NCBI RefSeq assembly: GCF_009914755.1
Contig: NC_060925.1
DNA length: 64,000 bases
Strand: one strand, 5' to 3'
Source of the DNA: the human T2T-CHM13v2.0 reference genome, Homo sapiens
Notes under the pieces: generated by a model
What the model was told of the DNA's origin: nothing
What the model saw: the letters and a program-made list of their open reading frames with translations, nothing else
Database searches by the model: none
Translations under genes and position numbers: made by a program
Shown: in pieces, positions 13,407 to 29,538 of the stretch
Numbering within the stretch: position 1 is the stretch's first letter
Layout: every line of letters starts with the position of its first letter

Positions 13407-16400
13407 TGCTTGAGACCAGAAATGTTTCCAATTCGGGAATTTTTTGGAATATATAAGATATATTCCAAAGTCAACATTTTTAAAAAGATATATAATGAGG
13501 TATCTTGAAGATGAACCCCAAATCTTAAGACAAAATTCATTTATGTTTTATATATAAACCCTTATAAACACAGCTTCCAAGTAATTTTATGCAATATTTT
13601 TAATAATGTTGTGCATGACAAAGTCTTGAATGTGTTTTGACTGTGATCTGTCACGTGAAGTTAAGTGTGGAATTTTCTACTTGTGGCATCATATTGCTGC
13701 TCAAAAAGCTTTGGATTTTAAAGCATTTTTGATTTTGGATTTTCGGATTAGGGATACTCCACCTGCCTAGACTGCGGGAACAAATATGCCGGCTTCCCAC
13801 GCGTGGGAAGTGATAGTGTTTTCCAGGAGTGATGAGGTATTTGAGCTGCCTGTTGCTCCTTCCTTATTCCCATTCCCCTTGTAACCAAAACAAACAAACA
13901 AACCAGCTAGGCATGTGTAAGCCCGAAGGCTAAGGTTGCTCATGTCTGGCCACAGTAAAGAAGAAGCCCAACCAGCTCCCCCTCCCAGAACTGGAATTTC
14001 TGTCCCCTGTACCATGAAAACATCTCACCTCCTGAGCTGAGTAGCCACAGAGACAAAGAGGGTAAGGAAGGGAAAGAACCTTAGGCTTGGGGCTGTTTCC
14101 TATACCTGTGGTTTTTAAAAGGAATCTGGCATTCCTAGGCAGACAAGAATGCAAACTGGCCAAGGTACAGAGACACCTGAATCCTGTTCCTCAGACCCAG
14201 AGAGACGCTGGGAGGTCATATTTCCTGCTTTGTTTTCTGCTGTAAGATTCCGCTGTAACTCCTTGCCTAACAGAAGTGGGTGAGTGAAGGCAGCAACGTT
14301 TCCTACAGCGGACCTCCGTGTGACTCCAGCTCCTCCCTAAAACATAAAGCCTGCTAGAGCATGGGGCTGAAGAGAGTGAAGAGAAATCACTGCGTGGCTT
14401 TGGGTGTCAGTGGCAGGTGTTCTTACTGTATAGAGGGGAGCTGAAGACTCCCTGGACGCAAGTCTCCACCCCAGTTAGAGGGAGGAGTTGGTAAACTGGG
14501 GGAGGCGGCAGAGAAAAAGTTTCAACCTCAACACTGAAAAACAGCCTGGGGATCTTGGCAGGGTTTTAGCCCTCACATCTGCCTTCGAATGAGGGACTTC
14601 CAGCTGACCTCTGACAGTGTCCTCCAGTATTATGCAAGGGCAGAGTTAAGCTTTTGGCAGCAGGCAGGAGCACAGAAGTGCCAGGGACATTCTGTTAACA
14701 AAGCACAAAGGGTAGAAGGAAGGAACAAGCCATTCTTGTCCACTGTGCAGACTGAGCTCCATTGTGTTGATCCAACATGACAGAATTTGTTTCATTAAAG
14801 ACTCCCTCCTCACCACCACTGTCAAAGCCAAATCCCTCCAAAAGCCAGAACCCAAGCCCCAATGTGCTGCAAGGATTCTGCAGCTCTGCAGTCAGTGGGT
14901 GAAGCCCAAAGCTCCAGCGAAAACCCAACTGCCCAGATCTGCAAGCTGTGGGGAGGGCAGGCCATTTGGCCGTAACCCACCCACTCAAGGGATCGCTCCT
15001 TTCCACTTGTCTGGGCAGAGTGGGAAGGAGAGCCTCCAGAAACCGGCGGGGAGGAAGTTTGCTGGGGCTCCACTGTGTCACTGATTTATGGAAGCCTTTC
15101 AGGGCCAGAATGACACCATCCGCCTACCTCCTGCTAATTCATATTCTCAGAGCTTTAAATCATGGTGACAGCCCCACCAGGCGCTCTGATCAGTTGAGGG
15201 CTTCCAGGGCCCTGCGGGCCAGAGCACCCCACAGCCGCACTGCAGGTTACACCCCCACCTGCCCCAAATACATCCCAACTCCTGCTGCTCTCGGGCCCTC
15301 TGCTCAATCCGATAATCCACGGAGAAATGACCTTCCTTTCACTGATGTAGAAGCTCTCTCAACTGAAAAAATTGCAGAAGTTAGAAAAAAATAATTGACA
15401 TTATGACTCACCCCTACCTCCTACTATTGCTAAGCTTCGAAGTAAACACCTGCTACTGTAAACTGAATAAATGCTAAATCACTAAGATCTTTTGTTAAAC
15501 AAATTCTGCCACACCACTGCTGTCTTGCTGGGCTGGAGGAATTTTCTGATCGCCCAAAGCATCTTGAGTGCTGTTATTTCCAACCTACCTTTAAATGTGA
15601 GACCAAACCTTTGAAGTATACTGCCTCTTGCAAAAAAATAAAAATAAAAACCACACACACTAAAAAGCCTGATTATTTCTGAGGAACACCACAGTAGTTC
15701 ACTCTCTGTGTGGTAGCTATAGTCAAAAGCACAAAAAACAGAGCAGGTAGAAGCAGAAATTAGGCGGGAAATAAAGACCAAGCTGGCGAGAAATTGGAGA
15801 AAGGCTTTCCAAAGCAATGTGACAAGGAAAAGGGAAACTTGAGAAAGATATTTTTCTCTGAGATCAGAGCTGTGCTCCACAGCCAAAGTTAAGGTGAGCC
15901 CTGCAATTGTCAGCCAGTAAGCATCTATTATGCTCCCAGTACACACCTGGCCTTGTATTTGGAATTAGAGGTCACCTCCGAGTTTACCTAAGCTCTTCTA
16001 GAAAAACAGATCCACCATTATACATTTAAATTATCCAGTCTGCTATGTGGCTTTTCCTGTCCTGCTTCTTGTGACGTAAGGGATTCTGTCTTTGAAACAA
16101 GGGGGCCAGAGATGTACTGTGATCCATAAATTCAACTCGGGATCAAACAAGATACTCAGGACCCTGGGATCTTGGCCAGGACGTGCCCTAACTTGCTTCA
16201 TGTACAATGGGCTGTCATGTCACTGTTCTCTCAAAAACTCCAGACGGGAAGTAAGGGTTGTGACTAATTTCAAAGGGCACAGCGGGGAGCCACACTGCCT
16301 GGAAAGCAGGCTGCAGGCATTGCCTCCCGGGGAGTTTGATTCTGAGTTTTATTCTAACATGATCAAAGCAGTAGTTGGGGTGGGGAGCATTCTGAAAAGG

Positions 16401-16719
16401 AGGCATCAGATTAGGACTATCTGAATTTAAATTCTATTTCTACTTGGGAAAATATGCATTTAAATCATTGACAGCTTCAAAATTCTAATGATTCTGTGAA
16501 CTATTGGAATTAGTAAGAGACTCATCAAACCAAGAGTAATTAAATGACCAGCTGTGGGCAGTGTGGGACTTCAGACAAAGCAGAGAGAGGTCTGTGTGAG
16601 GAGGCACAAGCTTGGCCCTCTGTGGGGCGGGGTGGGTGGTGATTTTGGTCAGGAAAATACACCAGCAGCAAAGGCACCACTGCCAGTCCACACGTGGGCT
16701 CTTAGTCTTGAGCCCCTCC

Positions 16720-16883
16720 ACATTGATTTCTTTCCCTTACTGTACCTATGTTAAGGCACGGAAGTTTTCACCATGGGCATGTTTAGGTGAAGCCCGCTGT
16801 CCACAATGACCTGGGCAGGTGGGAGGCTCTCCAGGGACCCTTCTCTATTTGCCTAGGCATTTGGCTCTCTCCTGCCTCTATCA
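16720..16883 (-). mobile_element. ERV1 LTR fragment (LTR1/LTR27/MER52-related 5' end)
   Basis: The reverse complement starts TGATAGAGGCAGGAGAGAGCCAAATGCCTAGGCA. Confidence 0.55.
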
Positions 16884-16959
16884 CAGGTAGACCGGCCTCT
16901 TAGACTAAGCCACTGGACAGCTTGGGGAAAATGGGGCCTCTCTGATGGCTTTTTTCTTT

Positions 16960-17420
16960 AGGATAAGTTTCAAGTGCTCTAACAGAGACTCACAAGAATC
17001 GTGGCTTAAACAAGATAGATGTCTATTGCTCTGTCTCCCAGTCGTCCAGGCAAATAGTAAGTCAAGGCTGGAATGGCAGCTGCACAGGATCTAAGACCCT
17101 GGTTCCTCTTTTCCAGTTGCTCTGCCATCTCTACGGTGCTGCCCTTGTTGGCATTCTCCAAACTGGCTTCCCCGTCCCCACAATGTTCTAGGCAACAGGA
17201 TGGAGGATGGGATAGAAAAAGATCACACCCCTTCCTGTTAAGGATATGATCTAGAAGTTACATCCAATGATTTCACTCACAGTCTTTTGGCCAGAACTGA
17301 GTGTGTTACCACACCCAGAGACAGGGGCATCTAGGAAATAGAGTCTTGATCCTAGGCCACCCAAATGCAAATCCTATCACTATCAAAGGAGGAATGGATG
17401 GATATTGGGGCTCCACCAGG
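16960..17420 (-). mobile_element. Old MaLR LTR (MLT1I/J/K-like)
   Basis: gtggcttaaacaagataga, ttggccagaact, ctaggaaatagagtctt motifs. Confidence 0.7.
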
Positions 17421-17512
17421 CAGTAACCACTACCCATAGCACCTCACTTAAAACAACACATCACATCATTTTCAAGCAGTGTACAAAGAATGGCCCAAGA
17501 TAATGATAGTAT

Positions 17513-18559
<1,047 letters not shown>

Positions 18560-19320
18560 ATATCATTATCAGAAACAAGAGGAATGGGGAGGGGAGCCAG
18601 CAACTGAAATTGGATGATTCATTTCAGAATGCTAAATGGACCTCTGAAGGGACATTGGCTTGGAGATCTGGCACTTTAGCTCAGGGGAGAAGTCAGATTT
18701 GGAAACCAAGGTGGCAGGCATGATGGGAGAGAGCAGGGATGCCCTCCAACAGTGAGAGGATGTGGCTTATCTGGGACTGTCACAGTACTGTGGCTATTAT
18801 CTGAAACTGTCTCCCCAAAGACACTGTAAATCCTGCTCTCCAGTAGTATTCCATGTTCTGAATGGCACTAGTGTTTAACCTTGGGTGAAAACGTGTTCCT
18901 TTTTCCTATCAAGTCCGTATTTGAAGACTTGATTGGCAATGACTGCTCCTAACTAGGCAAGCTGGCACCTTCTTGATGTCAGTCCCTTTTAGCGAATGTG
19001 TACACACTGGTAGGGGGCAGAGGGGAAAAGACAGGAAAAAGAAAAGTGCTGAGAATTCCAGGTCACCCACTGCAGCACAAGCTGGCTACCTTTTCTCTGG
19101 CAGTTGTTGTTAAGAGCATTTTCCAGCACCCTGAAGTTTTCATCCCCCATTGTTCAGCCACCCATTTCTAAAGAGTTAGCATAATAAGTGGGATCAGGGG
19201 TTAGGTGGACTGGGCACCAGCACCTTAACCCTGGGGGTAGAGATAGATTTCTGGCTTTTAGGAGTGAAGTTGATTTTAGAGTATAAAATGCTGCCCCCAC
19301 CCCATTCCAGGGCTGCTGGG

Positions 19321-19673
19321 TGTAAAAGGAAAAGAAATCTTGGGACGCCAAAATCACTAAGCCAAAGGGAAAAGTCAAGCTGGGAGCTGCTTAGGGCAAA
19401 CCTGCCTCCCATTCTACTCCTGAAAATGATAGCTACTAAGATCTTTTTTAAAAGCTACAAACCTCCCTCACAAGGCATTTCCTTACGGACAAAGGACAGA
19501 CAGAACTCGAAGTCATCCCTCTGCTCACTGAGATAAATGCATATCTGATTGCCTCCTTTGGAAAGGCTAATCAGAAACTCAAAAGAATGCAACCATTTTG
19601 TCTCTTATCTACCTATAACCTGGAAGCCCCCTCCTCACTTCGAGTTGTCCGGCCTTCCCGTACAGAACCAATG
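19321..19673 (+). mobile_element. MER4A/MER4A1 LTR, 3'-truncated
   Basis: Starts TGTAAAAGGAAAAGAAATCTTGGGAC...GGGAAAAGTCAAGCTGGG. Confidence 0.8.
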
Positions 19674-20018
19674 ACGGAGTGGGAAGATGATCTTCCCCTG
19701 GAATTTGGACATCCAGTGGCCAAACTCCTCTTCGACTGCCCCGCAGCCGAATACCTCTCAGTGCTCAGACATTCTCCTCTTTCTCTGCCGTGCCTTTCTG
19801 CCATTCGTCTGCTTGTCTCCTTGTCTCCTTGTCTGCTTCTGGAGCCTGGGGTTTGGGGTTTATATGGGTACAGGATGGCCAAAAGGCAACCTTTTGGGTG
19901 TGAAAACAGGAATCCCTGTCCTCCTTTAGGGTCACGGGTATCTGGGCTTCAGGGTGGGGGCCTTTGCCGGAGAACCGCCCTCTTCTACCCAGTGTTTCCC
20001 TGTCTCCTGTCCGTATCA
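19674..20018 (-). mobile_element. MER52-family LTR 5' fragment
   Basis: The reverse complement starts TGATACGGACAGGAGACAGGGAAACACTGGGTAGAAGAGGGCGGTTC. Confidence 0.75.
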
Positions 20019-20074
20019 CCAGCAGATGGTGCCTACTTTTTTAAAGCCATCATCTTATCTTCTAGCTGTACCTA

Positions 20075-20252
20075 TTTTTTTAAATATATGTTTTATTTCA
20101 ACAGCTTTTGGGATACAAGTGGTTTTTGGTTACATGGATGAATTGTCTAGTGGTGAAGTCTGAGATTTTGCTACACTCTTCACCCGAGTGACCCCAGTAG
20201 TGTACATTGTATCTAATATGTAGTTTTTTTATCCTTTATCCCCTCCCACCCT
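20075..20252 (-). mobile_element. L1PB-type 3' end
   Basis: ttttgggatacaagtggtttttggttacatggatgaattg motif. Confidence 0.75.
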
Positions 20253-20344
20253 GTATCTATTTTTAATTGCTTTGTGAACTAAGGCAAATGTGATAAAGAG
20301 GCATCTGATGTACCTGCTTCTAGCATACAAGAAAACATATTTCT

Positions 20345-20540
20345 TGAGCATGCTGTTACATGCTTGACACTTTATATACACTATTTCATTTAACATCCCA
20401 ACAATCCTAAAACCTGGGTTTTGTTATTGAAGAACCCAAGGCTCTGAGAGTTAACTAACTTGCCCAAGGTCACACAGTTAGCAAGTTGTGTGGGCAGGAT
20501 ATAAGCCCAGTCTGGCTGCAAAGCTATGTTCTTTACACTG
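20345..20540 (-). mobile_element. MIR
   Basis: aacttgcccaaggtcacacag core. Confidence 0.7.
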
Positions 20541-20543
20541 TAA

Positions 20544-20934
<391 letters not shown>

Positions 20935-21058
20935 TAATAGAATAGGATAGGACAAAACTTAGAAGGTATTGGATACCATTTTCCCTGTTGAAGGAGTATT
21001 GGTAAGACACCGTCAAAGAGAAATGCACCGCGTACACACGAAGAGGAACCATTTGTAG

Positions 21059-21480
<422 letters not shown>

Positions 21481-22833
21481 CTATAGATCAGTAAGAGAAG
21501 ATATAAAAAGACATATTTTTAAAACTAAACAAAATGAAAATGGAAAAGCAACATTAATATTATATGTGGTGTCAAATTAGCTTATTAAAAGAAATATAAA
21601 ATCTAAAATCATATTAACTTATTAAAAGAAATATAAAACCTAACAGAAAAACTAAAATTAGAGGACAGAAATACCATATGTCAGTGGAGTTTAAAGCAAC
21701 TGGAGCTGTGATACACCGCTGATTGGAGTGTAAATTTTTTTGTTGTTTCCTTGAGAAACTATTTGACGTTACCTACTCAAACTAAACATACACCTATACT
21801 CTGACCCAATAATCCCACCCCTAGGTAAATACTCAAAACAAAATGAATGCATGTGTCCACGGAAGGACACACACCTGCGCATTCACACCAAGTGTATTTA
21901 CAATAGTCAAAAACCAAAATAAGTCAATTACCTGTTAACCATAGGTAGATATTTTCGGTCTCTTGGCTTTTAAAGCCTTCCATGATTTCCTATTGTTTTC
22001 TGACCAATTTTATTTCTTGTTCCTATTACCTAAAAGCTCACAGTTCCAAACAGGTGAGATTCCTTGGTCCCCACTGGATGTGACAAGGAAATATGTTAGG
22101 GACTCTGCACATTTGGGCAGCTGGGTCAAAGGATGGACAAACCTTGAGGGTTAGAGAATTAATTGCCCTGGGAAGGTCTCTGCAGGTTTATCTGCCTGGA
22201 GCGAGGTGTTTACCTTTCAAAGAGTAATAAAACCTGGATCCATTCACTTTGGTTTTGAATGGCCAAAACAATCCAGGGATTGTTAAGTGCTGTGACTTAA
22301 GAAAGGAAGCAGCCAATTCACAAAAGAGTGAATAAACATATACAAATGTCCAAGCTCACCAATACAGAAAAAAAAAAAAAACACAGCTCAATAACATTTT
22401 TCATTTATCAGTCTGGCAAAGAGTTTCAAAATTTTTTAACAGCCAGTGGTGGAAAGGCGCAGGTGAGCCTTCTCACACACGGGGATGGAAGTTACTTTGG
22501 AAATAAGTTAAACGCTTTAACTCACACACACCCATTGTTCGTTTTTGGAATTATCCAAAGGAAATATAGTGGATCCATGCAAAGACAGCAATTTCAAGAG
22601 GCTCATCACAGGGTTATTTTTGATAGAAAAACCTAACAGTCCAACAATAGGATGCTGGTTAAATAAGGTATGATATACCCATCCATTCTGAAATGCTGTA
22701 AAAAAAAAAAAAAAAAAAGTATTTAATGGCATGAAAAATGTTCACAACCCATTGTTTAATGAAGAACAAATTATAAACAATATGCAAAGTGTGTGAATAT
22801 ATAGGTACTGTACATGTGCACACATATGTGTAA

Positions 22834-23274
22834 TGTCAAAGACAGAATTACAACAAATTTTGTTATAGATCTCATTGACTTTTATTGGCGATGAATCAGG
22901 GCAGCCTCCATTCTACAAAATAGAATGAGAGCTTCCACCAGGCAATGGCAGAACCGTGGGTTTTGTAAGGTAGAAACAAGGAATAGAACAGTAGGAAAAA
23001 ACTGATTAGTTAACATCAGGTTACTTCAGGTTGCTTTTGTAATAAGGGTTAAAGCAGAGGGGACTTCCTTATATACTGCTGACTCAGGAAGGCTGGAATC
23101 TCCTGTTTGCAGGAAAACTTGGTCTGTTTTGGAAATCTATCTGCTTCTTTAAAGTTTTAGTCTGATTATGTGGCATTTAGCATGAGCAACTTCATTTTGA
23201 TTTGGTCTGGTCTATTGGAGCCTAGTGCAGGAACTCAGTCTAAGACAATGGCCTCTCATAATTTTTGTTTAATG
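22834..23274 (-). mobile_element. MER93-like (MER4-group) solo LTR inside an old L1ME fragment
   Basis: The reverse complement starts TTAAACAAAAATTATGAGAGGCCATTGTCTTAGACTGAGTTCCTGCACTAGGC. Confidence 0.65.
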
Positions 23275-23662
23275 ATAGAAAAACACTGGAAGCCTATATT
23301 ACCAAACTGGTGGGAATATGGGATATTTAAATTTTCTTCCTTCTGCTTATCTATGTTTTCTAAGTTTTCAAAAATGAATACTCATTACTGCTGGATTAAG
23401 AAAAAGAATAAACATTATTATATTTAATAACACAAAGGAGCAAACTGAGAACTGGATGCAGCTTGGTAGTTGCCCGGGCAGGACACTGTCCCAAGCTAAG
23501 CTCCTCCCCAACATCCCTCAGGCCCAGAGCCAGCCCTTCCTCCTCCCGAGCGCCCTGCCCTGGGATTCTCAGACCTTGAAAGCCACAAGTCTTGAAAGTC
23601 TCTGAAGGAAGAGACAGGGAGCAAATGGAGTTTCTGATGCTTCTCCCAGGCAGGTGGGATCA

Positions 23663-24933
<1,271 letters not shown>

Positions 24934-26137
24934 ATGAGATCTTACCAATATCTCTGAACCCATGATGTTCCCTCCATATGCTCGTCAGGTGCTAACCTAC
25001 AGTATTAATACTTCAGTCCACTGTGGGTTAAATAGGTATATGTGAGCTGGGTGAGACCTGACCGCAATTGTTTCTAGGAGAGTACATTCCAGGATCCAAA
25101 CAGTTGGCTTAATTAGACACTTTCAGCACCTAACATACAGGTAATTGAGAATTGCCTTTACACAGCTTTCAGTACATTGAAATTGTTTAATCACAGCCAG
25201 CAATGAGGATTCCTCAAAGAAGAGCTGTTCTCAAAGTTTCCATTGTGAAGAGCCCCTTTTTGCTATTGTCCTGAAGTAGCAATCCCATGATGGAAACAGA
25301 GAGCCAAAAAAAAAGATCGTGGCTACATTATAATGGACTTGGTGAGCATGCACTGACCTTACTTGCTCTTTAGGGTGAGTGGACATAGGGGCCCATCAAC
25401 CCTGCTCCAGCCAGCACCTGGTCAGAGTCACTAACTACAACAATGACACCATGGGGACCCCTGGGGCTGCTGTCTGTGGGGCTTTGTATCTTGGCCAGTA
25501 AAGCCATCCTAAGGTCAGGGCCAAAACCAGAAGCAGAGGGGGCCCGGCCTCAGCTAACAATACTGTGGGGAAGTTCAGCGAGGCTGTCAGCCCCCTCCAG
25601 CCCCCAGTCACTCTTGAAGGGTTGTGACAGTCACCCCCTGCTGCTGGCTCTGAAACTACCCTCCCACCCACCCCCCTCAACTGACTCCTTTAGGGACTGC
25701 TTACCCACATAAAAACAAAGAAATTTTTCTTTTTTCCCCAAAGTAGGTAAATATGGATGTGAAAAGTGGGCAGTGGTCCAAAAGGAAAAATGATGAACGA
25801 CTAGAGGCCTGTGCTTAGAGCTGTCCACCCACTGCAAGTGTTTGGCAGGGCCCTGGAGTCTAGGCACTTCCATTTTGTTTCCCAAGTGACCATGATTGGT
25901 CAATACCTAGGATATCTTTTCTTTAAATGCTTGATAATGAACATACCTGTACCTACCCATCATCATCCTTAGAAAACACCACTTTACCAAAAGAGAGAAG
26001 GGGGTGATTATTCGTCCCCTAAAGAAGGAACTCCTGAAGCCCCCTTTAAGTATTAACTTGTCTCCTATACCTGGTTTTGAGTGGTTTATTGAGATAAGAT
26101 CCCAGGCCAAATCAGGGCCCTGAACAGTCCCCTAGAC

Positions 26138-26710
26138 TAGGGGGCCCAACAAACTATGGCCCAAGGGCCTTTTTATAAATAAAGTTTTATTGAAACGCAG
26201 ACACTCCCATTTGTTAACTATTGTCTATGGCTGCTTTTGTGCCACAGTAGCAGATGCGAGGAGTTGTGAAAAAGGTCACATGACCTGCAAAGTTGATAAG
26301 GTTTGGCTCCATGTCCCCACCCACATCCCATCTCAAGTTGTGATCCTTAGTGTTGAAGGAGGGAGGTGACTGGACAATGGGAGCGGACTTCCCACTTGCT
26401 ATTCTCGTGATAGCATTCTCATTAGACCTGGTGGTTTGAAAGTGTGCAGCACCTCCCACCCCCACCTCCTGCTCTGCCATGTGAAGATGTGCCTGCCTCC
26501 CCTTCGCCTTCCGCCGTGATTGTAAGCTTCCTGAGGCCTCCCTAGTCATGCCTTCTGTTCAGCCTGCAGAACTGTGACTCAAGTAAACCTCTTTCCTTCA
26601 TTAATTACCCAGTCTCGGGTATGTCTTTATAACAGTGTGAGAACAGACTAATACAAAAGGTAAAAATATTTTCTGTCTTGCTCTTTACAGACAAAGGTCA
26701 CCAATCCTTG
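26138..26710 (+). mobile_element. MER58A hAT element interrupted by a MaLR LTR
   Basis: caaactatggccca, aaataaagttttattgaaac motifs; 8-bp TSD CCCTAGAC/CTCTAGAC. Confidence 0.8.
26294..26655 (+). mobile_element. MSTA/THE1D-like MaLR solo LTR
   Basis: TGATAAGGTTTGGCT...GAACAGACTAATACA; 5-bp TSD AAAGT/AAAGG. Confidence 0.85.
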
Positions 26711-27260
26711 CTCTAGACAGCGGCAGGCTGCTAGGGCCTATCTGTTGCCCTGATGTAGGCCCCAGTAGTTTCCCTAACATTCACATCACCAAAGCTGTCT
26801 GCTGCTTTTTGAGGAGAGGTATGGAGAGGTTAGGAATGTGGGAGAGGGGGACTTATTGGAGGAACAAGTGAGACAGAGATGAAGGCAATTTAAAGTCTTC
26901 AGAAAAAGAGAAGGGTAAGATGACAACAAGAATGAAAAGAAAAGAAAGAGAGAAAGCATCTCAAAAAATGCATAAATTTATAAGCATATATAATTAGATA
27001 TAAAAAATTACGATTCTAACATAAAGTTTTAGCTAATGCTTAAATCAGAACACATCTGTTACAGGCCAACAGGCATATAAAAATTAGAATAACAATAGTA
27101 AGTCACCTTGGATTTCTATAGGTCTTTTCTTCCAGTAAGTTCAAAGCCTTTCCTTCTAATCTCTCATCTACTTATATAAAATTTATGAGAACTGTTCTCA
27201 TTTAACAGATGAGAAAACAGGATAAACTACAACAAAATTGGATTTGAGGTTTCTTAACTT

Positions 27261-27380
27261 CAGATGACCATATGATTTTTCATCTAATAACCAGTGCTCC
27301 TTTTGTGAGCAAATAGGGGAGGGTGCAATTAATAATTACACTTGGACAACAGGTGGAAGCCAAAACTGTCCCAGGCACAC
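27261..27380 (+). mobile_element. MER94-like hAT-Blackjack fragment
   Basis: tgaccatatgattt...attaataattacac.tggacaacagg...ctgtcccaggca. Confidence 0.55.
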
Positions 27381-27536
27381 ATTAATTCTCACTTTAATAA
27401 TCTGTGTTCCACAGAGAAAATAGAATTAGGAAAGTTCATTTGTATGATTTTCAGCAAGTCAAATATCCACAAACTTACTTCGTGGGAGTTTAGAATGTAA
27501 GAAACAGAGAAATGAGGTTGTTGTATAGAAATTTCA

Positions 27537-27710
<174 letters not shown>

Positions 27711-28374
27711 GAAACTTCACAAGCTCAGAATTCTAGGAAGCAGCTGAGCTGCCCACCTCTAGTCCTGGGGCCTCAAAGCTATTAGCTTATCAACTTGTCA
27801 TTAGGGCCAAAGCAGGAAGAGTTCTGAGGAGGAAAGGGAAGGGAGGTGGGAAGCAATACCTATAGCCAAAGGTGCTCTGAAAGCCACAGAGAATCTGGCC
27901 TAAATGGGGAGACCAGGCCCAGATCTCAAAGCCTGTGTTCTTCCATGAAAAGGTGGAACAGTGGAAACTGATTATTCAAATACCTCTCATGCTTTGGCAG
28001 AGAGAGGAAGGAGGGAGACAGGAGGGGAGGGTTATCATTAGCCTTTGTTGGCTATTCATCTTTCTGTCATACAGGAGACAGCTTATAAATGTTGGATGAA
28101 TGAATGATTGATTGAATGTATTTCCCTGCGCAAACTTAAATTGACTTATTAGCTTCAAATATTGGAATAGCATTTGTAGACACAAACCAAGATTTCAGAC
28201 GGCTCCACTACTTGTACTGGATTCCTCCACTTCAGTCCAGATCCCTCTCCCAAGTCCTGTAAAATTAGAATAACATAATATGTGTATAATTATATTACAG
28301 TGTTGATGCGATGATTTAAAGAGTTAACATATATAGGGTGCGTAGGATAATACCTGCCCTACTGTAACCATCAT

Positions 28375-28503
28375 ATAGGTGGATATGATGATAATGGTGG
28401 TGGTAGTAAAGGTGGTGGTTAAGGCAGAGGGGAGGTGGTGATGGTGGTAATGAAGGTGGTGAAGGCGATGGTTGTAATTGTATTGGCAGTGGTAGTGGTG
28501 ATA
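28375..28503. repeat. Degenerate (GGT/GAT)n trinucleotide repeat
   Basis: Seen directly. Confidence 0.85.
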
Positions 28504-29050
28504 AAATCCAAGCACCATAAAACAATTTCAAAAAGTCTAACATACATGCAATTGGAGTCCCAGGAAGAATAAAAAACGAAGAATAGGTTGAAGCTCAGTA
28601 ATTCCAGGGGGAGAAAAAAGAAATAGGACAGGAGAAATATCTGAGACATAGTACTCAAGAATTTTCTAACATTAGACAAAAACAACAAAACCATAGGTCC
28701 TAGTTCAGAAAACCCTAAGTAGGATCAACACAAAGAAAAATACACCCGAACATTAGAGTCAAAGTGCTGAGAACTCAAAGATAAAGAGAAATCTTCCAGG
28801 CAGCCAGAAAAAAATTACTTATATAGGATAAAAAGGGATAATAATTATAGTTGCCTTATTGGCAGAAATCATGGAAGCCAGTAGGCAATGGAGAGAGAGC
28901 TTTACAAGACTGTAAGAGAAAATCCTGTCAACCTAGAATTCTATACCAAGCAAAAATGTCTTTTAAAAATGAAGGCAAAATAAAGATTTTTTTCAAACAA
29001 TCAAAAGCTGAGATAATGTATTGCTGTCATGCTCTACAGAAATGTTCAAT

Positions 29051-29538
29051 TGTAGCAGGACGAGCCGCAGACAAAACCTGTCAGACACCAAGTTGTAGAA
29101 GGAAGGGCTTTATTCAGCTGGGAGCATTGGCAAGCTACTGCCTTAAAATCCGAGCTTCTCGAGTGCACAATTTCTGTCCCTTTTAAGGGCTCACAACACT
29201 AAAGATTTCACATGAAAGGGTCATGATTGATTGAGCAATCTAGGGGATACGTGACAGGGGTTTCATACACTGGTAGTCAGAGAGAAACAGAACAGAGCAG
29301 GGAGTTTCACAATGTTCTTTTATACAATACCTGAAATCTATGGGTAACATCGGGTTCTAAGTCATGAGTTGATTTTTAACTACTAGGTTTAGGCCAGGCA
29401 GGCCCAGGCCTGGTTTTGGGACTGGCGCTGGGCTGCCTGTCTTTGATTTCACTTCCTTGTTTTTTTTCTTTTTTCTTAAAACAGGTACTGAGTATAAAAC
29501 AATATAAAACAATATGAGAGGGTCTCTCTCCTCCCTCA
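29051..29538 (-). mobile_element. LTR2B-like (HERV-E/Harlequin group) full-length solo LTR
   Basis: The reverse complement runs TGAGGGAGGAGAGAGACCCTCTCATATTG...GCGGCTCGTCCTGCTACA; perfect TSD CAAT (29047-29050, 29539-29542). Confidence 0.85.

Larger units (their letters stand above)
12894..13765 (+). mobile_element. Tigger4b (Zombi/MER46-type) DNA transposon split by two Alu insertions
   Basis: Left end TA-CAGGTTG..CTTATCC at 12892-12909; body resumes at 13403 (aaatgcttgagaccagaa) and ends ...cggattagggatactccacctg at 13765. Confidence 0.8.

Noticed and set aside
21577-21643. 37-bp-period duplication (cttattaaaagaaatataaaa)
   Set aside because: Simple local tandem duplication in AT-rich DNA with no functional hallmark.
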